DNA of 47,455 nt, the filler included, from Trypethelium eluteriae (lineage: Eukaryota), in the NCBI GenBank assembly GCA_051942245.1. It is 2 parts of 2 records of this genome, joined end to end, with 100 filler letters (N's around TTAATTAATTAA, not from the genome) between each part and the next. Parts side by side here need not be neighbours in the genome. Positions count along the whole stretch, not along the records: positions 1 to 23,759 come from JAVECL010000416.1; positions 23,860 to 47,455 come from JAVECL010000417.1. One strand, given 5' to 3'. The notes beneath the pieces are model-generated. The model ran no database searches. It was given only the letters and a program-made list of their open reading frames with translations, and had not been told where the DNA came from. The translations under genes and the position numbers were made by a program. Positions 10,848-24,498 of the stretch are shown in pieces (within the stretch, counting starts at the first letter, position 1; each line of letters opens with the position of its first letter).

Positions 10848-10979
10848 TCTATTTGTTCGGTGCTGAACGCTTGCTCTTTGTGCGATCGATAGACTTTCTC
10901 TCTGAGTATACGGAAACGGTGAATAGCCTGGTCTGACGCTGGGATATGACAAGTTCGATTTATCTATTCGGTTATAGAC

Positions 10980-13900
10980 TCAACTTGTCCTCTTTCCTTC
11001 TGCGCTCATGACTCTTCTCCAAATTCCCATCCACCTCTCAAGTCTGTCCGGCAAGGCAACTCCTGGCTTCTTCGTCATTCGTTCAACCACTTCTTTCATT
11101 CTCTCCCTCAGTTTCTTCAGCACAATTATCACTTTCCAGCTATCCACCATGAATCGTAGACGATTTCCATCAACGACAATAACGCCAGTGTATAACTTGA
11201 AATCTGCCTCTCCTGCTAGAAGCACAAGAGAGATATCCGGACAAGGCGACGTTTCATGTGCATTGGTGAATCGTGTGGAAGATTGCATAATGTGGTAGAA
11301 AGAAAGATACTTGATGTCAGAAGTTGATGTCTTGTTGACCGAAGTAGGGTGCAGCGACACAGACTGGTTGTTTGAAACATTGCGCCAGCCTTTACCATCG
11401 CGAGTCAATAGCTTAGGATAGAAACTCCAAGCTACCACCGAATTGACAATCATTTCGCTGTCATTGTTTGCATTGTATTTAGCAATTTCAGGAACAAAAG
11501 TTCGGTAGCGACTTGTTGAGCGGGCGTGGCTGAAAGAGGCGCGTTCGTTAGGGCCAAGTGTGACAAAATTGGCATCGACTAGCGAACCAAGAAGTTGAGC
11601 CTTAAGATCTTCAATGCTAGTCAGGTTCTGCGGGCTGAGGAAATTCTTTTTGCAGAATTGCCAATCTGATGTCCCGCTTTGGCAGACACGACGCCACGCG
11701 CAGTATGCATTGTATGCGGTCAGAAGATCCGAGTCACCTTTCTTGAAGCCCAAACGAACGGAATCTGCACGCTGCTTCTGGGCGATGGGGGTGATGAATG
11801 GTGATTTCGATGAGAGTGTGGCGGCTATTGTCAGAGCAAAATCAAGACATCCGAAGATGCTGGCCATGAGAAGTAGCTTTCCTAGATGAGCATCGAGTGG
11901 CAACTTTGCGAGCTGCTTTCCAAGATCGGTCAGTTCTTCGGTTGCTGTCAAAGCATTCACTTCAATTAGAGCATCTATGGCTCTTTGAATATTCTTTGCC
12001 GAGGGAGGATCAAGTGCCTGAGATAACGCATTCGCAATATCACCCAGTTTGCATATCTTAACTCGCATACAAAGCTCTTGCAACGAAAGACGAAGCATTT
12101 CAGGGGTCTGCTGCGAAGCGATGATATTGTCGTGTCGATGTTTCGTGATCAGGTGAAAGCATATACCTTCTTGAACTCGACCAGCTCGACCACGACGCTG
12201 TTTTGCATTCGCACGCGAGACAAATGACTGGATGAGACGAGATAATTGTCGACGCTCGTCGTATCGCATCTCCTTGTGCTTCGCGGTATCAATAACACAG
12301 ACTATGTCCGGAATCGTGACAGAGGTCTCAGAGATGTTTGTTGAGAGTACAATCTTCCTCATTCCTTGAGGCGGAATCAAGAAAGCTTGCTGTTGATCTT
12401 CGCTGGAAATGGTGGAGTGAAGCGAATGGATGAGCCAACCATGCATGAAGCGAGGATGGCCCACTAACATGTCGTTTAGTTTGCGAATCTGGACGGATAT
12501 TTAGTATGGGACTCAGTATATCTATTGCATATCTTACTTCATTGATGCCGGGTAAAAATACGAGAATTGCTTTGCTATACTTGGTGTATGTTGGATCGTA
12601 CGCTACTTTCTCGAGCAGAGCTATGATCAAGCCAAAGTCTACGCGGTATTCGTCAAAGTTGCGAAGGATATTGGCCGTGTTCTTGCTATATCCTTGAAGG
12701 TTCTGGAGATCGTGGGTTTGGCTGGTTTCTGTAGGTCCTTCCTCATTATCTTCGCTGGTCTCCTCGGAAGTAGTTCCCGCTGCGTCACTTGGTTTGTACC
12801 CAGTTATTTCAATCGCGTCTTCGAGAAATTTAGTATGGACAGGAAAGGTTCGTCCAGGGACTGTAAGTACCGGTGCGTTATCCAGGTATCTCGAGAATCG
12901 GTCCGCATCAACAGTAGCGCTCATGAGAATGACCTTCAAATCAGGCCGCTTGATCAATAGCGAACGTAGTAGGATAAGCAAGAAGTCGGTGTCTATACTT
13001 CGCTCGTGGACCTCGTCGATTATCAGGTGCGTGATTCCTTCCAATCCTCGAACGGACTCGAACATTCGGAGAACTATTCCGACCGTGGCATACACAAGCC
13101 TTGTCTGAGGTGTTATCTGTGACTCTAGTCGTATAGCATATCCTACTAGGGACTTTGATGTACCGCAATCTTTCTTATGCTCGCCCAATTCTTCGCTCAC
13201 ACGTTGGGCAAGAGAGATCGCTGATATTCTTCGAGGCTGTGTGCAATATATTTTACAGTCTTTTCCTTGAGAAAGTTGATTTTCAAGCAAGTAAGCTGGA
13301 AGCTGTGTACTTTTACCACACCCAGTCTCGCCACAGATGATTGTGATTTGATTGCGTTCGATAGTAGCAAGTGCATCATCACGAAAACTCGCGATGGGTA
13401 AAGACAGCCTTGATGGAAGTATGCGCTGGTATGTTGAAGTTGACGTTTTGCGCTTCCAAACTTCTTGTAAGTCTACAGCAAGAGCCGTAGTGTCCTGCTC
13501 AGGAGCAGGCGAATTTGCATCGCTCTCTATGATTTGCGCTCTCCTTCTGAAACCATTTGTCAAGATAACATCTTCATCTTCGTCCTGAATCCTCTCGGTT
13601 TGCAGCCGCACCATGTCTCGAAGGGTATGGAAAACTTCCCTCTCAGCGGCATCCAAAGACTCCTGTTTCGCCGTAGCAAATTCGGCCCAGAGGTCTCGCC
13701 AAACAGGAGGTAGTCTCAAATGAGCCTTCTCTTCTTTTGGAGAACCTGAGAAAAGGATAAAGAGGGCAGCCGTAGCTATGTAAGATTCGCTTTGCACAAG
13801 CTCGGGAGTTGCAACCGAAGTCATTGTAAGGATAAGCCGACGTGGACTTGCTGAGCAATGGACCGAAGGAATCATAGATGCGTCGGGGATGTCTCGATCT

Positions 13901-15524
13901 CTAGACCAGACGATCGAAAGGGCATGTCGACTGGAATAAACTGTCTGTGAAACATGCCTGAAAGAAATCTTTACGCTCGAGTCTCGAGCCCGACACGTCT
14001 CTTCTAGCACTCTCTTGGGACTCATTCCCGAGTATTTCCCGAAGTTTCGAATCAAGACGTCGGTCTTTGAGTGCTCCTCTTGGACCTTAGTATCGAGACC
14101 TGCTTCGATATCCTCAGGCATGGTTGCAAACAAGTCTCCTAGCATCTCGGCTTCGTCCATTATTTCTGAAACAGATGTGGATTGATCTGCTATGGCCTCA
14201 TTCTGTGGTATCTCTGAGAGAGCGACTGAGCCGTCTTGAGGTTGTGGTCGAGGGGTCGTCTCAGCTGCAGTGGTCTTGCCTGATTCAAGTCTCCGCCTTT
14301 CTGCGTCCTCTCGCACAAGGTTAATGTGCTTGTTTTTCCACATGTCCTCAGCTTGCTGCTGATCAAAGAGTGGGTCTGACTCAATTCTTAGAAGCCTCTG
14401 TTGTAACTTCTTACTATCCGTTGCAAGCACAGCGCTCGATCCGCAACTTGAGGGCTTTACAGATTTTGCTTTCTTGTTCAAAGTTTGATTTGTGACGAGG
14501 TCAGGCCTTCGCTGAAAGAGCCGGCTCGTGGTGTCAATGTAGGTGGATAGCAATCTGTCGGGTTCAAAGTCACTATCCTGATCGCTTTCAACGGGTGACA
14601 ACAGGCCATCTGTCTCCGCATGTGGAACTCGGTTGGATGACAATCCTCCTGTACTAGGCGATTGCATGGAGGAAGCTTCTTTGGGTGGTTCAAAGAAAGC
14701 CTTTTGTGTTTCGGTAGGAAGATTTGGGGGGTCTAACATTGTTGGCCCATAAGTCAATCTTTTGAAGCTGGAACACTCTCACCTGAACTCGAGGAAATCT
14801 GTGATGGATTGGATGATCTAGTAAGTTCCTGGCTGTAGATCGGAAGACATTCAGTACCATTATGAATAGCAAGATAATCCAGAGCTTCTGAAAGGCCCCA
14901 GAGTGTCCCGTCTGCATCTACTGCGGCTGAATTATTCACAAGGGATTTCAGCGCACTTCCTACTTCATTCAGGTCAAATCCAGCCTGGAGAAGGGTCTCA
15001 CGTAGAGACCACAACTTGACTACAAAATCCTCTTCGGCTAGTGTAGGACCCCTGGATTGTCGGTTGCTAAGACCATGCGCGCCTTGCTCCTCTTCTTTAA
15101 TGATATTTATGACATCGTTGATTAGATCATCTGGAAGCCAGTCTCTTGCAGAGAGGTACACGGCTTGACCTCTTAAGACTCTTTTATCAGTCACGAGTTT
15201 CGAGGCCGTGCGAGACGAGTGCTGTCGGACCTTGGAGCCATGCTTTTCAACTAGGAGTTGAAGCTCTGAGTTCTCTAATTGTAACTCTAATTCTTCAGGG
15301 CTCAGTTGATGGAGATCTGCTGGTGCATCTTTACCCTCCTTTCCTCTGTCTTCCCCTTTGACAGTTGGTTCCTTCGTGGCGTCAAACCCTTTGAACAGTG
15401 CTTCCGATGCAGGTTTTGGGTCTTCGTTGCCATCATCCGGTTTAGCCTTGCTTGGCATAGAGGTTGTAGCGAAACCTCGAGCAGGATTGGCCGCTGGCTT
15501 CGTTTTCTTCTTTTTGGGTGCCAT
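10980..15524 (-). CDS. DEAH-box RNA helicase, DHX29/DHX36/DHX57-like (most like the fungal DHX29-like class); exons 15524-14783, 14732-12538, 12488-10980
   Basis: GETGCGKST, TQPRRISA, IIDEVHER, MSAT, FLPG, STNISETSVTIPD, QRRGRAGR, followed by HA2/OB-like regions. Frame-preserving introns at 14733-14782 (GTGAGA..TAG) and 12489-12537 (GTAAGA..CAG). N-terminus MAPKKKK..ANPARGFATTS. Confidence 0.9.
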
Positions 15525-15988
15525 TTTGATCACTTTCTATTGTCAAGCAGGTAAGCTACAGCTTTTTTCGAACTTCTTAGCTAGACGATGGCTCTTCAAT
15601 GAGCCTCAGGATACTCGATATGGTAGGTCTCCAGACGCGTCAGGACGATGATGTAACTCCCCGCAAATGTATTTCGAGGTCGTCTGTTCAGTCGATGGAG
15701 TTTGTGGCGGACTCATGGCTGTGAGAAGTTCTGGGGAGAGCTAGTAGACAAACCAAATTCCCAATATCTTCTCGAAAGCAAATCGATCTGTTGCGCTAAT
15801 GTAAAGGTGTCGCGTGAGTTTGACGTAGAAAAAAAAGTCGCAGCTCCTCGCGGGTAGAAAGGAAATTTCGCAGGGTCCATGCATGCCCACCACTGCGCAT
15901 CGACTCACAAAGTTGTATTCAAAGACGCACATATTGACTGTGCGCCCAGCTTGTCCTATATGGCTGCAACCTGATCTTTGATGCAGTC

Positions 15989-18900
15989 ATGGCTCAGAAT
16001 GGAGTTCATGATGTCGACAGCCTCCAAGATGCTCTTGGTAGTAGTTCCACAAAGTGGAGAACTGCTGAGCTTCATTCTCTCCATGACAATTTGGTAGAAA
16101 AAGGTGGATATGCTTGTCACTTACTCAAAATTGCTGCGAATGCCGCAAACTGATCATCGGCACAGCGGAAACTCCAAATATCAACTTAGTGCTACGATTG
16201 CTCTTCCAGACTTATGCCTATTACCGCGACCGCCCGTCACGCCGCGCAGTCCAACAATGCCTACGAGCAATTGCTTCGAGGGAGGAATATCACGGAGCTC
16301 TCCTCCAGCTAGTTGGTGTCCTGAAAAAAGAGGCCGAGAAGCCAACAATAGCTCCAGCAAATGCTTTTGTTCTCACCGAATGGTTTTCGGTATTGCTAGA
16401 ACAGCTTTCGGAGGATACCAAAAAGCGGGAATGGTATCTGGACGTGATCAAAGCGGACGCCCGTGTGCTGGAAACATGTTTAGGATCAAAGGCGAAGGGC
16501 AACATTAGGCACAGTGCGCTCGTGGTCACTCGACGTGGCCTTCGAAAGCTGTTCAGATCCGAAGCATACGGTTCAGATGCTGCAAGGGAGATCATTACGG
16601 TGTTGACTGCCAAAGGTGCTTCTACTGCGAGCAATGCCTTGATGCTCGGTATTGTTGCTGGAGTGGCAGTGAGACTTGGAAGTATATCAACAGTTGTGGA
16701 ACAAGAAAGAACCGCGTACTATTCATTTTACGTCCGAGACCTCCTAGGCTCAAAAGTTACGCAACCGAAACATATCGCAGAGGGTCTTCATGACTTCTTC
16801 TCGTCTTTTGCCACCCTTGAGGATCTTACGAAAGAAGTCATTCCGGCCGCGGAGAAAGCTCTTCTGAGGGCGCCTGAAATCGTACTTAATGACCTCATTG
16901 CTCCTATGGTCCTCTCACTGGATTCCCAGATTGACTTGTCTCAAATCCTGCAGAACAATTTACTAAAGCCCTTACTGTCCAACATCAAATCCACAAATGC
17001 AATGATTAGAGACGGAGCTCTCCGGACGTTTGAAGCACTTGCTTCGAGATCACACGAAGATACCAAAGTCGAAAACGTCGCGACAGAATTTCTAGCACCA
17101 CTCAAGCAGGGGATTACCTCCGTAGACCAACGAGTTCTCTATGCACGAATGCTCGGAGCATTGCCTGGAAGTAGACTGCTCGCTCAGAAAGTTGCTTCTG
17201 ATCTTGCCTCGGTGGTACTCAAAGAAGCGAACGAGAGTGTTCTGTCAGCGGAGACTGATGCTATTGCAAAGCATGTTGCCTTTGGGATTCAACTTGGCGA
17301 GATGCCGACGGCTCAAGCTACCGATTTGTTCGTGAAGGGACTCTCTGAAAAGCGTACGAGTGCACGGCGCCTATGGTCCTTGCGCGTAGGGGAGATCCTA
17401 AGGCATCTCACGATGGATTCTGGCTTTCCGCAAGAAGCCTTTCCTTTTGCATCTGCTACGCTTGGGAAACTTTTTGATAGTTGGAGAGATGTAGCAGATA
17501 ATCCACTTCCCGCACTCCAAAATGGCCTCATTACGACGGCTTTTGTAGCTACTGCCCTCAGTTTGGGAACTTTGCGCGACGTCGACGATCAGGGTATCAA
17601 ATCGATCATAAAGAAGGCCTCCGTTTCGGAGCGATCCTTGACATCGGAGCCGAAGCCGTCCTTTCTACTTAGTCCTCGCGTCTACACAAAATTGACCGAA
17701 GAGGAGGATTTCCTCTGGGGTACTCGTGCCTTAGCATCCGCTGTCAGTCACTTACCAGATCATGACAAGAATCCTAATATATGTGCCGCCTGGGGCCAAG
17801 CCTTTTTGTTCATGATTGCGGCAGCAACGTCACCACAAAGTGCTAGGCGAGAAGCTACACGCTTGCTGACAGAGATCTACTTGAAAGAGCCTAGTAAAGT
17901 CTCAAACTCGATTATTGCTGGGCTCTGGCGCTGGGTAGTTGCTGTGGAGCTTGAAGAGAAAGACTCTCCATCATTAGCCGCGAAGACAGGTTGCGAAAGA
18001 CTATACCTGGCCGTTGATGCAATATGTCTTCCATCTGCTTATGAAGCCGGAACCAAAGAGGACGAGGAAAATAGATCCAAGTTAATCAATCTTCTAGTGC
18101 TTTCAAGACCAGAATTAATACCTCGTGTGACATGGATTGACATGTGCTTGAAAACTGGTACAGATCCGGGAAAACTGGTAAATAGCTCTGTCGATAAGTG
18201 TTTCGCAGAAGTTATCAAGTACACAGAGGTACCTTGTGATCCTTTGTCCAGATATCAATTGTATGCCTCAACTGATCGAATGCTAGGATGGCTCAGTACA
18301 GTCACCACTCATTGCCCGTGCGGCATGCAATGCTGCTGCAGAACTAGCATTCGTAGCTCCGGATGCAGTTATTCCAAAGCTTATTCAGCAATTCACATGG
18401 GATCTTGATCGTGAACGGCTAGCAAATGTTGGTCCGACAGAGGCTGCAATCTTTCGTACTCCGGAGGACACTGTATTTATCGACGTGCTTGCCAGTAAAG
18501 CGCAGAACAGTAGTCTCGACAAGACGTCGAAAGACTACGACACTATGAAATGGGAACAAGAGCTCCGGTCCCAGATTGCTGCGAAAAAGGGACAGACTAA
18601 AAAGCTGACGCCTGATGAGCAAAGAAAGGTCAACGAACAGCTGAAAAAAGAGGCAAAGATCAGAGCCGGTGTTGCCGAAATGGCAGTACACGCGAAAAGA
18701 GGGATAGGGATTATCCGAAGTCTCGCGAAGGGACCACCCACAGACGCTGCATCATGGCTTGGACTCGCTGTCCAAACGCTTTCTGAAGCTATCTCAGCAG
18801 GCGTCGGTCTGATTGTCGATGACTCTGCTGTACTGGCATACCTCACTCTCTCAGAGCGTATCAGCCCCCGACTGGGAGTCACGAGGCCCTTTGTGGGAGT

Positions 18901-21900
18901 TGCGACTCTCCGAGCTCTGGGAACGGGTCACCTTCCGCGAAACCTCACTGAAGAACCTTTGAGTGATTTGGTGACTCGCGTTATGTACCGTCTGAGGTTT
19001 ATGGGTGAGCAACGGCCATTCGACACTGTCTCATTGGCGTACATGCTTCCACTCGCCTTCGAGATACTTGAACAGGGCGGCATTGACAAGGAAGAAGGCG
19101 AGGAAGCCGATGAACAAATAGTCCTGGCCTTGGAATTCGTCTCATTCCACACAGACGCATGCGCTGACCCGCGCCTACCACGCGAGCGGCTACTGACTCT
19201 GTTGATATCGTCCCTCCAGAAATTTCCGCAGCACTACCGAATCGTTCGAGACTGTCTACTCGATCTCTGTCGAAGTATTGCAGGAAACATTACCAAGGAA
19301 GAGATTGCTGTGCTTCTTCGTGGAGCTATCGTGCCTGAAACCGCGGTACGAACCTCGACACTCCAGGCAATTGACTCAGAACTCGACCTGACGCATCAGG
19401 ATTTTTCCGATGAAATCTGGCTGGCGTGTCATGATGATGTACAAGAGAACGCCGACATTGCCAAGACAATCTGGGAAGAGAACGATTTGCAGGCCATGCC
19501 CAAGGAGGGAGAGGTTGATTCCTACAGAAACCTTGACAGTGTCCTACCATATTTAGAGTCAAAGGACGCGCAGCTACGTAGGGCTGCCTCGCGATCTGTT
19601 GCAGACCTTGTCTCCGAACGGCTGGATACGTTCGGTGATGTCTTACGCATTCTAAGGGAAAATTACATCGAACAGGCAAAGGAGAAGAAACCCGAACGCG
19701 ATAAGTATGGTATGCTCAAAAAGACTAACCTTTCCGATCCATGGGAAGCAAGAGATGGTATTGCGCTCGCTTTCAAAGAGCTCTCACCCTGCTTCACCTC
19801 GGAAAAAATATTTCCATTCACACAATTTCTCGTTCGCGATGGCCCTCTTGGTGATCGAAACGCGTATGTTCGGGATCAAATGGTCGAGGCTGCCTCTAAG
19901 ATCATCTCCGAGAAGGCCCAATCAAACGTCGAAGATCTGATGCAACTCTTCGAATCAACCTTGGGAGCACCAGACTCTGGGTCACAGTTCCAAGACCAGG
20001 TAAACGAAGCTGTAATTATACTCTATGGAGCAGTTGCCCGGCATCTAGCTCCGTCAGACCCAAAATTACCCAAGGTCATAGCACGCCTACTTGCTACACT
20101 CAGCACACCATCAGAAACGGTTCAATATGCTGTCTCACAATGTTTACAGCCACTTGTGCGGGCTGCAAGCTCAAATCTTCCAGAATATGTACAACAAATG
20201 CTGGATCAGCTCTTGACATCCAAGAAATTTGCAGAGCGAAGAGGGGCTGCCTACGGACTTGCAGGTTTGGTACGTGGAAAGGGTATATCTGCATTACGTG
20301 ATTACCGAATCATGTCGACATTGAAAGGAGCCACCGAGGAAAAGAAGGACGTCAACAAACGACAAGGAGCATTCTTGGCCTACGAGCTATTTTCTCTCCT
20401 CCTTGGGCGCATTTTCGAACCGTACATCATCCAGATTGTCCCACAATTGCTGGCTGGTTTCGGTGATTCAAGTACAGAAGTCAGAGACGCGTGCCTGGAT
20501 GCTGCGAAAACATGTTTTGCGAATTTGAGTTCATACGGCGTCAAGCAGATCTTGCCCACTTTACTAGAAGGACTTGATGAACAGCAGTGGCGGAGTAAAA
20601 AAGGCGCGTGTGATTCTCTAGGTGCCATGGCGTATCTTGATCCGCAGCAGCTGGCGCAAAGCCTGCCTGAAATCATACCGCCACTTACTGGTGTTCTCAA
20701 TGACAGTCATAAAGAGGTGCGAGCCTCTGCCAATCGAAGTCTTAAGCGCTTCGGTGAAGTCATTAGCAATCCAGAAATCAAGAGCTTGGTCGACATACTT
20801 CTGAAAGCATTAAGCGATCCTACCAAATATACGGATGATGCATTGGATGCGTTGCTAAAGGTATCCTTCGTTCACTATCTCGATGCTCCCTCGCTCGCTC
20901 TCGTTGTCCGCATACTGGAACGCGGACTCAGTGACAGGTCTGCAACCAAGCGAAAATCGGCTCAAATCATCGGCAGTCTGGCACACCTCACAGAGCGAAA
21001 AGATCTAATTTCTCACCTGCCCATACTGGTCGCTGGTTTGAGAATAGCGGCTGTCGATCCTGTACCAACCACTCGTGCAACAGCCTCAAAGGCGCTGGGT
21101 TCTCTAGTTGAGAAGCTCGGCGAGGATGCTCTCCCAGACCTCATCCCCAGTCTTATGGCTACCCTCAAATCAGAATCAGGTGCCGGCGACAGGCTTGGAT
21201 CCGCTCAAGCCTTGTCCGAAGTCCTGGCCGGGCTGGGCACCACCCGACTCGAGGAAACGCTACCCACCATCTTACAGAACGCTTCAAGTGCGAAGTCGGC
21301 TGTACGAGAAGGGTTCATGTCACTCTTCATTTTCTTGCCAGCCTGCTTTGGTAATAGCTTTGCGAATTACCTGAGTCGAATCATTCCTCCTATCCTTGGT
21401 GGCCTAGCCGATGACATCGACTCTATCCGGGAGACGTCCCTACGAGCTGGACGCTTGCTAGTCAAGAACTTTGCAACCCGAGCAATTGATCTTCTGCTGC
21501 CTGAGCTTGAACGCGGCATGGGAGATGATAGCTACCGCATTCGTCTCAGCTCTGTGGAACTTGTAGGAGACCTATTGTTCAACCTCACAGGTATAACCGC
21601 CAAGGCAGACCAAGAGGAAGACGAGGAGGGTGCAAACGAAGCTGGACAGTCCCTGCTGGAGGTCCTCGGAGAGGAGCGTCGCAATCGAGTGCTGTCCATT
21701 TTGTATATCTGCAGATGTGATACCTCTGGGCTTGTTCGCACTGCAGCAATAAATGTCTGGAAGGCCCTGGTTGCATCGCCTAGAACTCTTCGTGAACTTG
21801 TTCCAACACTCACGCAAGTCATCATTCGTCGCCTGGGATCTTCTAATATGGAGCAAAAGGTCATTGCTGGCAATGCGCTTGGCGAGCTTATCCGCAAGGC

Positions 21901-23759
21901 TGGTGAAGGTGTGCTCACAACGCTGTTACCAACCTTGGAAGAAGGTCTGCAGACTTCTGTCGATGGCGATGCAAAGCAAGGAATATGCATTGCTTTACGT
22001 GAACTGATTGCTTCCGCATCATCGGAAACACTCGAAGATCATGAGAAGACTCTTATCTCGGTCGTACGCACTGCACTCGGAGATACTGACTCTGAGGTCA
22101 GAGAGGCTGCTGCTGATGCCTTTGATGCTCTCCAACGCGTCTTTGGCAAGAAAGCCGTTGATCAAGTGCTTCCACACATGCTCACGATGCTGCGCTCTGA
22201 GGACGAGGCCGAGAATGCTCTCTCTGCATTACTTACATTGTTGACTGACAACGCGCGATCGAACATTATCCTGCCCAACTTGCTACCAACTCTACTGAAC
22301 CCACCTATAACTGCATTCAATGCCAAAGCATTAGCATCTTTGGCAGAGGTTGCAAGTTCCGCAATGACACGCAGACTACCAAACATTCTCAACTCTCTCA
22401 TGGATAGCATCGTTGTATGCAAGGACCTGGAGCTAAGATCAGAGCTCGATTCTTCATTTGATACTATCATCCTCTCTGTGGATGAATATGACGGTCTTAA
22501 TACGATGATGAGCGTGATGCTTGCCTCAGCGAAGCACGACGATCATCGCAGACGTGCATCGGCCGATACTCACTTCGCTAAATTCTTTGCACAAGCAGAA
22601 ATCGACTTCTCACGGTATTATCCAGACCTAATCAGGATCTTGCTCCTTGCCTTCGATGATAGCGACAAGGACGTCGTGAAGGCTGCTCATGCGGCATTGA
22701 CTGCATTGACTGGTCGCCTCCGCAAAGAAGAAATGGAGTCTCTAGTCATTTCTACGCGACAGATACTTCAACAAGTTGGTGTTGCTGGCGCTGATTTACC
22801 AGGATTCTCGTTACCAAAGGGCATCAATGCTATCCTGCCCATCTTCTTGCAAGGCTTGATGAATGGCACATCTGAACAGCGTACACAGGGGGCTCTTGCC
22901 ATCTCAGATGTTGTTGATCGCACAAACCCGGATGCGCTGAAACCCTCTGTCACACAAATCACCGGACCACTTATTCGTGTTGTCTCTGAACGATCAGTCG
23001 AAGTCAAGGCTGCAGTTCTCCTTACGCTGAATAACCTTCTCGAGAAGATACCGACTTTCCTCAAGCCTTTCTTACCGCAACTTCAGCGGACATTTGCCAA
23101 ATCCCTTGCTGACACTTCAAGCGACGTGCTACGACAGCGGGCAGCCAAGGCTCTTGGAACGCTCATCACTCTGACTCCTCGCATTGATCCTCTGATTGCT
23201 GAACTGGTGGCTGGCTCAAAGACTTCGGACACTGGAGTGAAGACTGCCATGCTTAATGCTCTGTATCAAGTTGTCAGCAAGGCTGGCGGAAACATGAACG
23301 AGGCATCTCGGTCTTCCATATTGGGGATAATCGATATGGAAATTTCGGATACGGAAGATAGCATGGCCATCACCAGTGCCCGCCTTCTTGGCGCTCTCGT
23401 GAAGAACCTCCCTCCAGAAACCGCCAACCCGCTCATCAAGAGTCGCGCTCTCACACCAAACTTCTCCAAACCCACCGTCTTCGCTCTGAACTCGATACTC
23501 CTCGAAGCGCCCGAGGCCATCACCAGCTCTTTCGCAGAGGAAGCACCAGCTCTGATCTGCAAAGGCATCGCAACGAATGCAAGCGTCTTCCCAACCCCCC
23601 GACATCACTACCCACAACGCCATTGCTAACAAAGCTCCCAGAAACCCATCATCGCCGACAACTGCGTCCTCGCCGCCGGCAAATTCCTCCTCACCCCCTC
23701 CAGCGATAAATCCCCCGCAACGAGCACCCCGCTCCTCGCCACCCTCGCCACCGCCATCC
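15989..23759 (+). CDS. GCN1: Translational activator Gcn1 (HEAT-repeat Gcn2 activator), 3' end lost in assembly gap; exons 15989-16103, 16166-18228, 18287-23578, 23642->23759
   Basis: More than 2500 aa of HEAT repeats with Gcn1 hallmarks (TPSETVQYAV, ERRGAAYGLAG, SFVHYLDAPSL, VTQITGPLIRV, FLPQLQRTF, ADNCVLAAGK). Introns 16104-16165, 18229-18286 and 23579-23641 preserve frame. Confidence 0.95.
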
Positions 23760-23859
23760 NNNNNNNNNNNNNNNNNNNNNNNNNNNNNNNNNNNNNNNNN
23801 NNNTTAATTAATTAANNNNNNNNNNNNNNNNNNNNNNNNNNNNNNNNNNNNNNNNNNNN
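23760..23859. other. Artificial scaffold spacer: N44-TTAATTAATTAA-N44
   Basis: Exactly 100 nt. The central 12-mer (23804-23815) places a stop codon in all six frames, as in contig-joining linkers. Confidence 0.95.
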
Positions 23860-24187
23860 ACAGCTCCGTGTTCTGCGGGTCCGTACGAATCTCGATCCAG
23901 CCGCCGCACGCCGGGTGCCGCAAGCGGAAGCTGTAGATCGGCGTGCTGTGGTAGTGGCCGACCTTCTTCTTCTCCGCGTTGAACCGCACGCCCTGCCCGA
24001 TCAGCGTCTCCGGCGGGCACGAACTGCACCAGATGGCGAAGGGCAGCTCGAAGCGTACGGTCAAGATGCCGGCCGATTTGAGCTTCGCGGCGCGAGCGCC
24101 CAGCGCGTGTTTGCCGGCGAGCTGGTTGCCGCTGAGGGTGCCTTCGTGCTCGGGTGGGACATAGCGTCCCATGTTGAAGCCTTGCAT
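23860..24187 (-). CDS. CCDC130/Yju2 (Saf4/Cwf16 family) splicing factor, N-terminal part; 3' end in gap
   Basis: MQGFNMGRYVPP, LTVRFELPFAIWCSSC, IGQGVRFNAEKKKVG, IEIRTDPQNT: the family's N-terminal zinc-binding domain. Confidence 0.9.
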
Positions 24188-24498
24188 TTTGAGAGGTTGG
24201 GATCGGTTTGGGCTGGACGGGCCTGTTTATCTGTGGTCGAGTGCTAGAGGAGCGGGCGAGGAGCGCGTTGTGGTGTTCATTCGTGGTAGTTAGCGACAGA
24301 GTGTGGAATGGAATTGATAGAAAGCTCGGAGGGGTGGGCCGGGGTGTATAGCCAAAGCGGAATGAGGTCATCCGACCTCCGAAACAACAGCTACAAGCTA
24401 CGACAACTCCTACGATAAAGACGAATTGCCTGCTACATTCCCAGACTCAAATATCTTTCTGATTGGAGGGTGCTCTCAGGGCGGCCAATTTGGTTCCC

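Noticed and set aside
14733..14782. Apparent frameshift between helicase ORFs (similarly HET at 44741-44799 and GCN1 at 18229-18286)
   Set aside because: Each is explained by a canonical GT-AG intron that restores frame.
23804..23815. TTAATTAATTAA palindrome as a biological element
   Set aside because: It is centred in a symmetric N-run and gives six-frame stops: an assembly linker.
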